Origin: Methanobacteriota archaeon
GTDB lineage: Archaea; Halobacteriota; Bog-38; Methanoflorentales; Methanoflorentaceae
Direction of reading: 5' to 3'
Assembly (NCBI GenBank): GCA_963701995.1
Contig: OY969693.1
Location: forward strand, 1,025,512 to 1,089,511
Length of the DNA stretch: 64,000 nucleotides
Under the pieces are notes generated by a model. That model searched no databases and was not told where the DNA came from. It worked only from the letters and a program-made list of their open reading frames with translations. A program made the position numbers and the translations under genes. Positions 19,117 to 28,684 of this stretch are shown here, one piece after another (within the stretch, counting starts at the first letter, position 1; each line of letters starts with the position of its first letter).

Positions 19117-20037
19117 ATGATTGCGTTAGTTACAGGTGGCTACGGGTTTATAGGAAACCAGATTGCCGAGCTAATCTCTACCGAATATGCGGAAGTGCGC
19201 ATACTTGACAATCTAAGCAACGCAGCGCGGGTAGTTCGATTGCCAAACGTGCGCCTAATCAAGACGGATATCAGAGATACAGGCGCGACGAACGAGGCAT
19301 TTGATGATGTTGACGTAGTTTTCCACACCGCCGCTCGTGTCGACGTAGTCGCAAGCACCAGAGAGCCATTCGTCGATATGGATAACAACGTCAAGGGTAC
19401 TTTATCAGTCTGTGAGGCTGCTCGAAGAAATGACGTGTCGAAGCTCGTTTATTCATCGAGCGCTGCCGTCTACGGAAATGCTGATTCTTTTCCCATAGAT
19501 GAGGCGCAGCCGGTACGTCCTCTGTCTCCCTATGCCGTGAGCAAGTATTGCGGCGAACTCTACATGGCTGCTTATTATAATTTGTATGGCCTCAGCACGC
19601 TGTCTTTGCGATACTTCAACGTTTATGGCCCCTATCAACGTCCGGAAAACGCGTACTCTGGCGTGATTAGTACATTCTTCTATAACGCAACAAGAAACGC
19701 ACCTCTGCAAATACACGGTGACGGGAACCAGACCAGGGACTTCGTGTATGTAACAGACGTGGCGAATGCGAATCTGCTGGCGGCAAATAGCGGTGCAGCA
19801 AATGCAGTGGTGAACATAGGAAGCGGGCGCGAGACGTCAATAAATGAACTAGCCATGATGATCAAGAAAATGGCTCTTTCTGATTCGAGCATCGCGCACG
19901 GCGCGCCGCGTATCAGCGACGGCAGGAGGTCTCTGGCGGATATCAGAAACGCAAAGCGAATCATAGACTACGAGCCAAAAATCCGCATAGATGGGGGCCT
20001 CACAAAGCTCAGGCAGTTCTTTGGCGATACGCGCTGA
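19117..20037 (+). CDS. NAD-dependent nucleotide-sugar epimerase/dehydratase (UDP-glucose/GlcNAc 4-epimerase-like)
   Basis: ALVTGGYGFIGNQI Rossmann motif, SSSAAVYG, YAVSKYCGE (YxxxK); 306 aa. Confidence 0.8.
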   Translation: MIALVTGGYGFIGNQIAELISTEYAEVRILDNLSNAARVVRLPNVRLIKTDIRDTGATNEAFDDVDVVFHTAARVDVVASTREPFVDMDNNVKGTLSVCEAARRNDVSKLVYSSSAAVYGNADSFPIDEAQPVRPLSPYAVSKYCGELYMAAYYNLYGLSTLSLRYFNVYGPYQRPENAYSGVISTFFYNATRNAPLQIHGDGNQTRDFVYVTDVANANLLAANSGAANAVVNIGSGRETSINELAMMIKKMALSDSSIAHGAPRISDGRRSLADIRNAKRIIDYEPKIRIDGGLTKLRQFFGDTR

Positions 20038-20502
20038 CAATTCGAGTCTCACCTTGGTCAGAATAGTCAATGGCCCGAAGGTTCTCGCTTCGAATCATAT
20101 TCGCATCGCCAAACAGAAGATAATGAAGAACTTATGTCGAACATAGTGCAAATTGTTCTCGCGTTCTTTGCCGTGGTCGTCGTCCCGGCTTCGCTTTGTC
20201 GCTCGCGTATTTGTCCAGATTAGATCATTTGGAGGTAACCGAGCGATTAATGATGTCGATCGGCTTGAGTATTACTATGGTGGTTGCAATCGGGCTTTTT
20301 TTTGGGTTATTCTCCAATGCTGATAAATGACACCAGCGGAACCACTGCGTATTCGTTATTTGCTGCGCTCGTCTTCGTAACAATCTTCTTCCTGATAATA
20401 TGGGCTTTGAGAGCAGCGCGCTTGGCAGTCAAAGACACACGAGAGATTGTCAAGCCAAAATGCGGAGTCAGCCACAAACTCTCTTTTCGTCTAAGCAATC
20501 GG

Positions 20503-21135
20503 TCATAAGGTTAGCTTTGCCAGATCGAACGCTTCAGCTTTACTGTGATTATGAGTCGCTAGCATTCCGGCCTGAAAAGCGCGATACTGTGCGAGACCAG
20601 CTATCGCTTCTGTTCGCACGTAGTACTTGTCATTCTGCGTTTCGTGAAGCTTTAACGCTTCGAGCTTGATGTTGAAGAAATTCGTAATGTTGACAAAAAC
20701 TCGTGGAGTAAACTCGAGTGACACGCTGGGAGACTCATAGAGGAAAATATCATCCACGTGCCTGTACAACGTCATAGTCGCAAGGGCGGCATTTCGATGA
20801 TCTTGGTGATGGTCGTGCGAACTGTGCGTATATATTCTATCGGGCTGTAATGCATCTACCTTTGCTTGAATAAGCTCGATTGTCCGGTAGTCAGTTGTGA
20901 TCATCCGATCCTTGAGATCCTCAATAGTGATACTGTCCGCGCAGAGGACCTGTGCGGCTTTCTTACACTCACTGATTCTTTTGTCACTTGGCCCCCCTGC
21001 TTCGCCCTTGGAGAGCACAAGAAGGTGTACGTCGTCGCCTTTGTGTTTGTGATAAGCTAACGTCGCGTAGCAGCCTAGCTCACAATCATCTGGATGAGCG
21101 CCGATCGCTAGAATTACTTTACCCAAATAAATCAC
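20503..21135 (-). CDS. PIG-L / LmbE-family N-acetylglucosaminyl deacetylase
   Basis: AIGAHPDDCELGCYATLAYH (AHPDDE-type zinc motif) and HLLVLSKGEAGG; 210 aa; 17-nt overlap with the upstream 537-aa gene. Confidence 0.8.
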   Translation of the reverse strand: MIYLGKVILAIGAHPDDCELGCYATLAYHKHKGDDVHLLVLSKGEAGGPSDKRISECKKAAQVLCADSITIEDLKDRMITTDYRTIELIQAKVDALQPDRIYTHSSHDHHQDHRNAALATMTLYRHVDDIFLYESPSVSLEFTPRVFVNITNFFNIKLEALKLHETQNDKYYVRTEAIAGLAQYRAFQAGMLATHNHSKAEAFDLAKLTL

Positions 21136-22732
21136 CAGTGCATAGTTGTTTTGTCGCGTTGAACAATGCGTCCATCGAAGTATTGGTGAGCAAAGGCACG
21201 TTTGCGTTGAAGCTTATATTTCCTTTAAGTGCGTACGACCATTGGGCACAGGTCGATCGTATCCCTATGTTAGTTGCATAATCAATGACGGAGGGAATCA
21301 CGTTGAGCGTTTTCGCCGTATTGCCCACGATCGAGCGATCTCTTGCGATCTGGTTTCGTTCAAATCGTGTTCTCAACTCATTTTGCATACTTACAATCAT
21401 AGCTATTTTCTCTTTAAAGCCATCAAGTTTCCTATTTGCGACTGCACTTTTCAAGTTGTCAAGCGCGCAGATGACGCCGTCAATGTCCGCGAGAATATCG
21501 TCCAACTCGCCCTGTACGATCTCCACGTCGCACTTCTCATCCTTCGCCAGATTGTATTGAGATCGCACCCTGAGTAGCTCGAGAATTGCGTCAAGCTGTC
21601 CAACCCCCCCGTACATATCTTTCGGCCTCCATATCGAGACGACAGGGAATTGCATCCCAAGCGCTCCAGCGATCTTCTCAGCTCTGCCCAGATATTCGGC
21701 GCCTCCGTGGCCACCGACGTAGAACGAAACGCCTATCCCGCTAAAGGCGATAAGCATCGCCTCTGCTCGGAGCGACACGTTGGGCAACATCTGTTCCAGG
21801 GCTGAGCGCAGATCCCCCAGAAACTCTACAGTTGTTGTGCACGCGCGACACTTCGCCACGAGCGCATGATCGGGCGCCCTCCTCATCTCTACGTCAGCTT
21901 TTCCGCCGCACGGGCAATGATACCAAACAGGGATAGGTGGCTTCGCACCTGGGTTCTTCTGCGCCTCGGCCATCAATCTAGCGTACTGGTCGTAGTTTTC
22001 CAACAGAAAAGCGATCTCATCACTGAACACCTGTTGGCATTCGGAAAACCGCGCGAACGCGGTTGTATACCCACACTCCTCAATGAGGTACGCGAAAAAG
22101 AATGCGTTAAAATCAGCCGCGTTCGTGCTTCTCTGATACGCCCGATCGATAACGTCAGAAACGGCGCGCGTGTCGAGGTCGACGTCCGGAACCGGCAGCT
22201 TCAAACGCTTCGCGTGATTCATCACTGAATCGAACGACTCGCTCGCCCAACGTTCGATGTCGCTTTTTAGCTTTGCCACTTCGGCGCTGTCTGGATTCGG
22301 AACGGCGCGCATGAGCTTGTTGTGGTACGTCGGACCGACCGCCAAGTGGAGGGTGAGCGTGCCGTTTCTGTTTCTGACGCTCGGGAGCTGCGCTTCTCGG
22401 AACCACCGCTCATTGGCGAAGTCCTGGTCGGCAAAACAAAAGAGCTCAACTACAGGGCAGTCAAGTCTCTCGCGCAACTGCTCGGCCACTGCATGGACGA
22501 GCACCGCCTTGCGCACGACCCCACTGTAGGGCAGGAAGTTTGGCTGATGGGCAGACATCAAAACAATTCCTTCATAATCTGCTTGAAGCGGGATCCGAGA
22601 ATCGCTATGAAACGCTCTGACGTGTTCAGCAAACGCTTTGCGCTTGCCATGCATCGTGTCGTCGGGGTAAACAGCGTTACCTGCAACAACTCGCGTCAGT
22701 TCCTGCAGATTCTTGCATTGATCCCCTTTCAT
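21119..22732 (-). CDS. uncharacterised 537-aa soluble protein with internal CxC..CxxC zinc ribbon and C-terminal coiled-coil-like segment; possible distant BshC-like ligase
   Basis: No family recognised with certainty. Segment LMSAHQPNFLPYSGVVRKAVLVHA loosely resembles the conserved TGQQxGLxxGPLYxxxK region that I recall for bacillithiol BshC, whose length is similar (about 538 aa). CPCGG...CRAC zinc ribbon mid-protein. Translationally coupled to the LmbE deacetylase. Confidence 0.3.
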   Translation of the reverse strand: MKGDQCKNLQELTRVVAGNAVYPDDTMHGKRKAFAEHVRAFHSDSRIPLQADYEGIVLMSAHQPNFLPYSGVVRKAVLVHAVAEQLRERLDCPVVELFCFADQDFANERWFREAQLPSVRNRNGTLTLHLAVGPTYHNKLMRAVPNPDSAEVAKLKSDIERWASESFDSVMNHAKRLKLPVPDVDLDTRAVSDVIDRAYQRSTNAADFNAFFFAYLIEECGYTTAFARFSECQQVFSDEIAFLLENYDQYARLMAEAQKNPGAKPPIPVWYHCPCGGKADVEMRRAPDHALVAKCRACTTTVEFLGDLRSALEQMLPNVSLRAEAMLIAFSGIGVSFYVGGHGGAEYLGRAEKIAGALGMQFPVVSIWRPKDMYGGVGQLDAILELLRVRSQYNLAKDEKCDVEIVQGELDDILADIDGVICALDNLKSAVANRKLDGFKEKIAMIVSMQNELRTRFERNQIARDRSIVGNTAKTLNVIPSVIDYATNIGIRSTCAQWSYALKGNISFNANVPLLTNTSMDALFNATKQLCTGDLFG

Positions 22733-22811
22733 GAATCACCAAAAAACATGACCCACAACAAGCTTTGGAACGTGAAATCCAAGACTCGCGTTCCAATCAG
22801 CATGATAAGCA

Positions 22812-22823
22812 ACGCCTATATAG
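22812..22823 (+). promoter_or_regulatory. TATA-box-like element upstream of the second glmU-like gene
   Basis: cgcctatatagtt about 35-40 nt upstream of the GTG start at 22856; lies in the divergent intergenic region. Confidence 0.3.
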
Positions 22824-22855
22824 TTATTTTCCGTATAGATGTGCGAAGTGATACA

Positions 22856-24070
22856 GTGAAAGCCATTGTCCTAGCTGCAGGCGAAGGAACGCGATTAAGG
22901 CCATTCACACTGACTCAACCGAAAGCGATGGTGCCGGTGGCTAACAGGCCCATTCTTGAATATGTGATCGATTCTTTAGCAGGGTGCGGCGTCACCGACA
23001 TCAGTTTGGTAGTCGGCTACAAAAAAGAAAAAGTAATGAACTATTTTGAGGGTGGCAAGAAATTCGGCGTTAAAATAAATTACGTCGAGCAGCCACAGCA
23101 GCTCGGAACGGCTCACGCTATAAAGCTGGCCGAAGATTCAATCGAGGAAAACTTCCTAGTTCTAAATGGCGACAATCTCACAAGCCCGCAAGCCATAGAA
23201 GAAGTCATGAGCAACGCATCCGGCGACGTGACGCTCCTTCTCACCGTTAAAGAAAACGTTAAGGGTTATGGAGTCGTCACGACTGAAGGCAACCGCGTCA
23301 CTCAAATAGTCGAAAAGCCCGGGACGGATATTAGCCACTATATCAATACGGGCATCTACGTTTTTGCTCCTGCTGCCTTCAATGAGATACCGTACACAAA
23401 GATATCTCCTCGGGGTGAATACGAGATAACGGATACCATTCAGAGGATGATCGAGAAGCAGTATGATGTCAAAGGCGTCCACACTACCTCCATGTGGATT
23501 GATGCCAGTTACCCCTGGGATTTGCTTAATGCAAACGCGGCAGTGCTTGCTTCTATCAAAGAGGCGCCCGCCCACCAAAACGGCCAAATCGAAGACGATG
23601 CGAAAGTGAGGGGAAGCGTCATCGTCGGCGAAAATTCGATAATACGGTCTGGGTCTTATGTGCTCGGTCCTGTCGTCATAGGTAGAGACGCTGAGATTGG
23701 ACCTAACGTGACTATACTCCCCTCGACGAGTATCGGAAATGGCGTTACCATCGACTCGTTTACCGAGGTGCGAAACTCGTTGGTTATGAACGACGTGCGA
23801 CTGGGCTCTCACTCTCTCGTTGCAAATTCTATCATTGGAAAAAATACGATGATTGGTTCCCATTTCATCGCAGAGCAAACAAAGCTTGCTATGCCATTTC
23901 TTGACGGAGAGCTGCACCACGTAATGAATTTAGGTGCGATAATCGGTGAGAATTGTCGTTTCGGGCACGGGGTCCTCGTTGAAGCTGGAAAAATCATTGG
24001 TGTGCACTGCACCGTGGAATCCGCCACGACGATAAGAAAGAACGTCGATAACTACAGCACCATCGTTTGA
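22856..24070 (+). CDS. second bifunctional sugar-1-phosphate nucleotidyltransferase / acetyltransferase (GlmU-like paralogue)
   Basis: GTG start giving VKAIVLAAGEGTRLRPFT (canonical N-terminus) and C-terminal LbH repeats. The long upstream in-frame ORF from 22322 is rejected because it overlaps the divergent gene and the TATA element. Confidence 0.75.
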   Translation: MKAIVLAAGEGTRLRPFTLTQPKAMVPVANRPILEYVIDSLAGCGVTDISLVVGYKKEKVMNYFEGGKKFGVKINYVEQPQQLGTAHAIKLAEDSIEENFLVLNGDNLTSPQAIEEVMSNASGDVTLLLTVKENVKGYGVVTTEGNRVTQIVEKPGTDISHYINTGIYVFAPAAFNEIPYTKISPRGEYEITDTIQRMIEKQYDVKGVHTTSMWIDASYPWDLLNANAAVLASIKEAPAHQNGQIEDDAKVRGSVIVGENSIIRSGSYVLGPVVIGRDAEIGPNVTILPSTSIGNGVTIDSFTEVRNSLVMNDVRLGSHSLVANSIIGKNTMIGSHFIAEQTKLAMPFLDGELHHVMNLGAIIGENCRFGHGVLVEAGKIIGVHCTVESATTIRKNVDNYSTIV

Positions 24071-24256
24071 GGCACGCTGCGGGCACCGGTTACTATCCTA
24101 ATGCGCGCGAAGCTCATAGCAGCACAAGGCGCGTGCCCCATCATCACGTCGCAATACATTGAAACTCCAAGCCAGAAAATGCGAACGCGTGGGGGTTAAG
24201 ATCGATCTCAAAGAAGCTCATAGAACCGATTTTTTTTGATTTAACTGCCACGGAAG

Positions 24257-24267
24257 CTTTTATATAG
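24257..24267 (+). promoter_or_regulatory. TATA-box candidate for the grpE-dnaK-dnaJ operon
   Basis: cttttatatag, followed by a second acatataaaaaat. AT-rich 140-nt region preceding grpE. Confidence 0.35.
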
Positions 24268-24379
24268 AAGTTTAAACATATAAAAAATTAGTCTTTTCTT
24301 TGAGGAGGTATCGCTGATTCAACAAGATGACGACCAGGAGCTTGTCGAAGTCGAAATTCCCCCTGAGGAAGCAGCTATT

Positions 24380-24847
24380 TTGGAGGAGCTTGACAACGTC
24401 AAAGAACAGAATGAGGAATACCTTTCACGCCTACAGAGGCTTCAAGCTGACTTCGAAAACTTCAAGCGGCGAACTAAAATCCAAAGCAAGGATCTCGCTA
24501 AGTATGCGTCCGTCGATCTGATTAGGGAGTTACTTGATATCTCTGATAATCTCGAGCGAGCTGCCCAGGCACTGAGGGCTGAGGGAGTCCAAGGCGTCTA
24601 CGAAGGAATTGAGTTGATACACAAGCAGCTATGCGATATTTTGAGTAGGAACGGAGTCACGAGGATAGACTCGGTTGGAGAGTTGTTTGATCCACGCGTA
24701 CACGAAGCGATTATGACTGAAGTGGATACTAACCTGCCAGATAACGTGATAGCTGAGGAGATTCAAAAGGGCTATAAGCTTCATGAAAAGGTGATTCGGC
24801 CTTCCAAAGTGAAGGTTAACAAAAGCACAAATAAGGTGGACAGATGA
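24380..24847 (+). CDS. grpE: nucleotide exchange factor GrpE (start codon uncertain, non-ATG)
   Basis: [18 protein letters not shown] and the C-terminal GrpE beta-domain. No in-frame ATG; the frame is open back to about 24284, so the true start is probably a TTG/ATT-type codon upstream of 24380. Confidence 0.8.
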   Translation: MEELDNVKEQNEEYLSRLQRLQADFENFKRRTKIQSKDLAKYASVDLIRELLDISDNLERAAQALRAEGVQGVYEGIELIHKQLCDILSRNGVTRIDSVGELFDPRVHEAIMTEVDTNLPDNVIAEEIQKGYKLHEKVIRPSKVKVNKSTNKVDR

Positions 24848-26637
24848 GCAAGGTAATAGGCATAGATTTAGGAACGACTAACTCTGTCGTCGCAGTCATG
24901 GAAGGAGGAGAACCAGTAGTAATCCCAAACGCAGAAGGAAATCGAACGACGCCCTCCGTAGTAGCTTTCGTGAAGAATGAACGAGTTGTAGGCGAGATTG
25001 CAAAAAGGCAGGCGATTACTAATCCAGATCACACAATTTCGTCTATAAAAAGGAAGATGGGCTCCGACTTCACGGTCGCCATTGAAGGCAAGACCTACAC
25101 ACCACAAGAAATCTCAGCAATGATCATACAGAAATTGCGGCAAGATGCTGAGAATTATCTTGGTGAGAAGGTGAGCCAAGCCGTTGTCACTGTCCCTGCG
25201 TATTTCAACGATAGTCAGCGTCAAGCCACGAAAGACGCGGGTACTATAGCAGGTCTTGAAGTCTTGCGGATTATTAATGAACCAACAGCATCTGCCCTCG
25301 CGTACGGCTTGGATAAAGCCGAAGATCAGAAGATTTTGGTTTTTGATCTTGGCGGCGGAACATTTGACGTGTCGATATTGGATATCGGTGACGGGGTATT
25401 TCACGTAAAAGCTACTAACGGCAACAACCTGCTCGGTGGCGATGACTTTGATCAAAGGATTATCGATTATCTTGCCGATCAGTTCAAGAAGGACCATGGC
25501 ATCGATCTCAGAAACGACAAGATGGCCTTGCAGAGGCTCAAGGAGGCGGCAGAGAAGGCTAAGATCGAGTTGTCAACGTTGACCACTGCGGCGGTGAACC
25601 TCCCGTTTATTACGGCAGATCAAAACGGCCCAAAGCACTTGGATATGTCGTTGACGCGGGCGCAGTTTGACAAGCTTACAGAGGATTTGGTCGAAAAGAC
25701 GATGGGGCCGATGAGACAGGCTATGAAAGACGCAAAGCTTGAGCCAAAGGATATCAACCGCATCCTACTAGTTGGGGGCTCTACTCGCACTCCTTCGGTG
25801 CAAAACGCCATAAAGCAATACCTTGGCAAAGAGCCCGATCGTGGCATTAACCCGGACGAATGCGTGGCAATCGGCGCTGCAATCCAAGCCGGTATTCTTG
25901 TCGGCGAGGTGAAAGACGTGTTGCTGCTCGACGTCACTCCCTTATCCTTGGGAATTGAAACCCTCGGCGGTGTGTTCACTAAACTCATTGAAAAGAATAC
26001 CACTATTCCTACCAAGAAATCTCAAATATTTTCGACTGCAGCTGATAGCCAGACCTCTGTTGAGATTCACGTGCTTCAGGGTGAACGTGAAATGGCTGTC
26101 GGCAACAAAACCCTCGGGCGATTTCAGTTAGTCGGAATCCCCCCTGCGCCGCGAGGCGTTCCCCAAATCGACGTCACTTTCGATATAGACGCTAACGGTA
26201 TTGTGCACGTTTCGGCAAAGGATTTGGGAACAGGCAATGAGCAGAAGATTACTATCACGGCGACGAGCGGTCTCAGTAAAGAAGAGATTGACCGCTTGAT
26301 GAAAGATGCTGAGGCCCACGCTGATGAGGATCGAAAGAAGAAAGAAGAAGCGGAGATCAGAAATGGCGCGGATTCTATGGTATATACGGCCGAAAAAACG
26401 TTGAGAGAGTCTGGAGATAAGGTCGACGCTTCTAATAAGAGCAAGGTTTCGACCGAAATCGAAAAAGTGCGCGAGGCCCTCAACGGTACAGACATCCAGG
26501 CCATTAAACAGGCAACAGAACAACTAACGAACACGATTTATCAAATTACGACCGAGCTCTACGCTAAGACTGCAGAAGATGCAAAACAAGAACCCCCGAC
26601 CGAAGAATCGGACTACGAGGTAGTCGATGAGAAATAG
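24844..26637 (+). CDS. dnaK: molecular chaperone DnaK (Hsp70)
   Basis: [20 protein letters not shown], full Hsp70 length with C-terminal EEVD-like acidic tail; 4-nt overlap with grpE. Confidence 0.97.
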   Translation: MSKVIGIDLGTTNSVVAVMEGGEPVVIPNAEGNRTTPSVVAFVKNERVVGEIAKRQAITNPDHTISSIKRKMGSDFTVAIEGKTYTPQEISAMIIQKLRQDAENYLGEKVSQAVVTVPAYFNDSQRQATKDAGTIAGLEVLRIINEPTASALAYGLDKAEDQKILVFDLGGGTFDVSILDIGDGVFHVKATNGNNLLGGDDFDQRIIDYLADQFKKDHGIDLRNDKMALQRLKEAAEKAKIELSTLTTAAVNLPFITADQNGPKHLDMSLTRAQFDKLTEDLVEKTMGPMRQAMKDAKLEPKDINRILLVGGSTRTPSVQNAIKQYLGKEPDRGINPDECVAIGAAIQAGILVGEVKDVLLLDVTPLSLGIETLGGVFTKLIEKNTTIPTKKSQIFSTAADSQTSVEIHVLQGEREMAVGNKTLGRFQLVGIPPAPRGVPQIDVTFDIDANGIVHVSAKDLGTGNEQKITITATSGLSKEEIDRLMKDAEAHADEDRKKKEEAEIRNGADSMVYTAEKTLRESGDKVDASNKSKVSTEIEKVREALNGTDIQAIKQATEQLTNTIYQITTELYAKTAEDAKQEPPTEESDYEVVDEK

Positions 26638-26653
26638 TGCGTAAATAGACCTC

Positions 26654-27811
26654 ATGAATCGTGATTATTACGAAGTGCTAGGAGTTGACAAAACTGCCAC
26701 AGAGGCAGAGATAAAGAAAGCTTATAGAAAACTTGCTTTAAAATATCATCCTGATGTTTGCCCCGACAAAAGCGAGGCAGAAGACAAGTTTAAGGAGATT
26801 ACAGAGGCTTATGAGACACTCAGCAACCCAAGCAAACGCTCAACCTATGACAGGGTTGGCCACGCAGGTTTCGGGCAAGGTGCGTCTGGTGCTGGCTTCA
26901 GCGATTTCGGCGGGTTTGGCAACTTTTCCGATATTTTCGAAACGTTTTTCGGAGGCGGGTTCGGTGAGAGTCCATTCCGAACTCAAACAAGGGCGCGCCC
27001 GTCAGGTCCACAAAGAGGTCCCGATATCGCAGTTGACGTTCAAGTGTCGTTTGAGGATTCAATTTTTGGAACGGAAGTTACTGTTGAAGTCCCACGTTAT
27101 GAACGCTGTGAACATTGTGCGGGAACCGGTGCTGAACCCGGCACTGACATAAAAACGTGCCCGTCCTGCGGTGGCAGCGGCGAGATACAGCGGGCTCAGA
27201 ATATCTTCGGGGCGCAGCTTATCAGGATAGAAACGTGTTCTCAATGCCAAGGCGAGGGAAAGGTTTTTGAGACCGCGTGCAAGAATTGTAGGGGCGCCGG
27301 AAGGCTACGAACAACTAAGACAGTGCCGATCAAGGTTCCTCCAGGAGCATATACGGGCTTGCATATCCGAAAACCTGGCGAGGGTTCGGCAGGCGCTCGT
27401 GGCGGGCCTTCAGGCGATTTCCTTGTCGTTGTGCGCGTGCTACCACACCCGATCTTCAAACGTGAGGGCGACGACATCTATAGCGATCTATCAATCAGCG
27501 TGTCAGCTGCGGCACTGGGCGGGCAAATTGAAGTGCCTTCGGTATACGGAGCGTTAAAAGTGGACATTCCCGAAGGGACGCAAGGCGGCACCACTATCCG
27601 CCTGAGAGACAAGGGAGCCCCCAGCGTCCACAGGCGTGGGCGCGGCGACCAATACACGACACTGATCGTTGAAATCCCGAAGAATCTGACCGAAAGAGAA
27701 AAGACGCTCTTTCAAGAACTTGCATCTTTAAAGGGTGAAACCATAGGGAGAGCTGGTCGCAAGTCTAAAGTTTTTAGCACCGTTAAGAATGTCTTCGGCG
27801 CTAACGATTGA
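26654..27811 (+). CDS. dnaJ: co-chaperone DnaJ (Hsp40, type I)
   Basis: J domain with HPD (KYHPDVCPD), G/F-rich linker, four CxxCxGxG zinc-finger repeats. Confidence 0.95.
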   Translation: MNRDYYEVLGVDKTATEAEIKKAYRKLALKYHPDVCPDKSEAEDKFKEITEAYETLSNPSKRSTYDRVGHAGFGQGASGAGFSDFGGFGNFSDIFETFFGGGFGESPFRTQTRARPSGPQRGPDIAVDVQVSFEDSIFGTEVTVEVPRYERCEHCAGTGAEPGTDIKTCPSCGGSGEIQRAQNIFGAQLIRIETCSQCQGEGKVFETACKNCRGAGRLRTTKTVPIKVPPGAYTGLHIRKPGEGSAGARGGPSGDFLVVVRVLPHPIFKREGDDIYSDLSISVSAAALGGQIEVPSVYGALKVDIPEGTQGGTTIRLRDKGAPSVHRRGRGDQYTTLIVEIPKNLTEREKTLFQELASLKGETIGRAGRKSKVFSTVKNVFGAND

Positions 27812-27835
27812 ACCTCCCTCAAGGCATCGTTTAGC

Positions 27836-28645
27836 ATGTATCCCTTCTCACTAAACGAACAGGCCCTTGCTCAAATAACCCGGCAACTTAAAAATTTTAT
27901 AAAAGGCAGCATACGATCGGCCAAAGCTAAGGGAGCGGTCGTTGCGTTGAGCGGGGGTGTAGACTCCTCTGTCATAGCCGCGTTGGCGCACGACGTTGTG
28001 AACACTAAGGCGTTGATACTCCCTGAAACAGCCGTCACCTCGGCGCAAGACGTTCTCGACGCAACATCTATCGCAGAAGCGTATGGGCTGCCGTTCACAG
28101 TAATTGAAATCAACGACCTGATCGACTGCTTTAGAGAAGCGGCGCGTCCTATTCTACCTGCGCCTAAAAATAGTCAAGTTTCGATCGCCGAAGCAAATTT
28201 GAAGCCCCGGATTCGAATGACGTTGAACTACGTCACGTCGAACGCAGATTTGCGGCTAGTTTTAGGAACAGGCAATAAGACAGAGCTGCTCATGGGCTAC
28301 TTCACGAAGTACGGAGACGGCGGCGTTGACGTTCTACCCATCGGCAGCCTCTATAAAACTCAAGTGTTTCAGCTGGCACGACACGTCGGGATTCCTGGTA
28401 GAATAATCTCGAAAGCTCCTTCTGCCGGACTCTGGTTAGGACAAACTGACGAGAAAGAACTAGGTATCTCGTACGATCTCCTCGATCGGATCTTGCTAGA
28501 ACTAATAGACAAGGAGAAAACCGTCAAGGAAACCGCCAACCTGTTGGACGTGGAACCACAACGGGTTCAAGAAATCTCTGATCAAGTGCTGCGCGCTAAG
28601 CACAAAAGGCACGCCCCTCTGATTCCAACAATAACGTGGTCCTGA
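27836..28645 (+). CDS. nadE: NH3-dependent NAD+ synthetase
   Basis: PP-loop SGGVDSSV, 269 aa. Confidence 0.85.
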   Translation: MYPFSLNEQALAQITRQLKNFIKGSIRSAKAKGAVVALSGGVDSSVIAALAHDVVNTKALILPETAVTSAQDVLDATSIAEAYGLPFTVIEINDLIDCFREAARPILPAPKNSQVSIAEANLKPRIRMTLNYVTSNADLRLVLGTGNKTELLMGYFTKYGDGGVDVLPIGSLYKTQVFQLARHVGIPGRIISKAPSAGLWLGQTDEKELGISYDLLDRILLELIDKEKTVKETANLLDVEPQRVQEISDQVLRAKHKRHAPLIPTITWS

Positions 28646-28684
28646 CTTTCAGAGTTGCTCGGCGCTAAAAGCAAACGAGTAGCG

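Noticed and set aside
22322-22855. Long N-terminal extension of the second glmU-like ORF (582-aa version)
   Set aside because: It overlaps the divergent 537-aa gene by 400 nt and would contain the TATA-like element. The extension has no nucleotidyltransferase homology, and GTG at 22856 yields the canonical VKAIVLAAGEGTR N-terminus.
23162-23920. 252-aa minus-strand ORF inside the second glmU-like gene
   Set aside because: Antisense to a well-supported gene, His/Arg-rich, and without motifs.
24868-26534. Several 80-136-aa minus-strand ORFs (24868-25107, 25114-25497, 25620-26015, 26124-26534) inside dnaK
   Set aside because: They lie antisense to a strongly conserved Hsp70 gene, are low-complexity, and lack any motif. 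Typical shadow ORFs.
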